DNA of 64,000 nt from Lama guanicoe (lineage: Eukaryota), in assembly GCA_013239625.1 (NCBI GenBank), contig MU054187.1, forward strand, positions 5,467,757 to 5,531,756, in the 5' to 3' direction. Position 1 is the stretch's first letter, and each line of letters starts with the position of its first letter. Under the pieces are notes generated by a model. The model had not been told where the DNA came from, did no database searches, and worked only from the letters and a program-made list of their open reading frames with translations. The translations under genes and the position numbers were made by a program. Below are positions 62,776-64,000 of this stretch, piece after piece.

Positions 62776-64000
62776 ACTGCAATAAAACAATATTTAGAAG
62801 TGGAATTATTTGCATTTCTAATTGTCAAACATCTATGATATATTTGCACATTCCAAAATATCTGAAGATTTTTCCTCATAAATAGGGGAAGTGCTTATTG
62901 CTTATAAGTCACATAAATCATTTTGTATCTGGCGATCTATTGAAAAAGTGTTAGCTTTATAAAACAAAAGATAGTAATATTTCCAAAATCATGAGACCAA
63001 AAAAGAAGTCATAGAGAACTGAAAAATATAACTTGAGATGCCAAAATATGAAAACTTTTTGCCATTTTGAGATTCCATTGATGAACTGAAAAGAGTAAGA
63101 AATACTCTAGCTACTATTGACTAAGAATTGCTAACATTTACTGTTATTTTGACCCAATAACACTCCTATAAGTTATAAACTCCTGTAGTTGTATTTTCCA
63201 TTTTCTTTCCCTCTTAGAAGCTTGTGACCCTATCATCATTGAAAAATACTAAAAAGCAATTAAGTATAGAAATCAAAAGCTGCATGTTGCTGGAGAAGTA
63301 TGAGAGCTTGACCTCAGTCAGCTCTGTAGGAAAAGAATATGTCTTTTCATTAACTTCTTTTCCATACAAGACAATGATTACAGTTATTTCGTAGAAGGGA
63401 AAAAAAACCAAATCAAATATTTAAACATTTTGCAACTTTCAGCCTCATTGGCAAGGATGCTTTTATCTTTTGTCACGCTGTCCTTAGCTTAAAGCATCCT
63501 GTCTCTTTCAACAGAAATACTTGACAGCTGATATTTTCTTCTTTTACTTCTACTTCAACTGCTAATTGCATATTTACAATCCTTCAATCAAGAGGAAAAG
63601 AGAAACAAATTAGAAAGATTTTTTATCTGTCAACAGAACTATGTAGTATAATGAAACATCTACTCATTAAATATAGAGAACTTCATGGCATCAATAATAA
63701 GTATTATAAAGGGCACAGAGGTATTATTAATTCTGAAGGAATGCAGGACTGCTAGAACAATAAGTCATTCTGACAGTTGCTATGAGGACTATTACCAAAT
63801 GTTATGTTTACTTGACTAGCTCAATTTATAAAACAAGACCTACAAAAAAATCTACAGTTTAATCAATTGAGATGTGCTATTATAAACAACTGCTAATGGA
63901 CTGACGCTTTGCATCTCTTCTTAATGATTGACTTGTGACTGAATTTTTAAAAATTAGAGTAATTACTAGTGTGGGCAGTTTAATGTGCATTTTTAAAAGA

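Noticed and set aside
1..64000. CRISPR array, operon, phage/defence system, NUMT or processed pseudogene
   Set aside because: No regularly spaced direct repeats, no long ORFs, and no mitochondrial- or mRNA-like segments recognised; the content is typical mammalian non-coding DNA.

Overview
This is a mammalian, AT-rich, non-coding window: intergenic DNA or a large intron. It is most likely from a camelid, because it holds two tRNA-derived SINEs matching the camelid Vic-1 type. I found no supportable protein-coding gene, RNA gene, CRISPR array or prokaryotic system. The supplied ORFs are short chance frames or decayed L1 remnants. Roughly half the window is old interspersed repeat: L1 (L1MA9/10-, L1MC/MD- and L1ME-like), L2, MIR, MaLR LTRs (MLT1), ERVL LTRs (LTR16, LTR33, MER54/74-like), ERV1 LTRs (MER34- and MER41-like) and DNA-transposon MITEs (MER5A, MER115-like, MER8). 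Family names come from my recall of consensus sequences and need RepeatMasker/Dfam confirmation; most boundaries are approximate. The most interesting signals are (1) a dense CpG micro-island inside an ancient MLT1 LTR at ~28 kb; (2) strongly bounded, mostly non-coding minus-strand exon candidates at 50.5, 48.4, 41.8 and 4.7 kb, together with a plus-strand bias of L1/LTR copies, hinting at a spliced minus-strand transcript; (3) LTRs that appear to have lost their poly(A) signal and sit just upstream of strong splice donors; and (4) a clean twin-primed, 5'-inverted L1 with a residual TSD. All functional readings are hypotheses.
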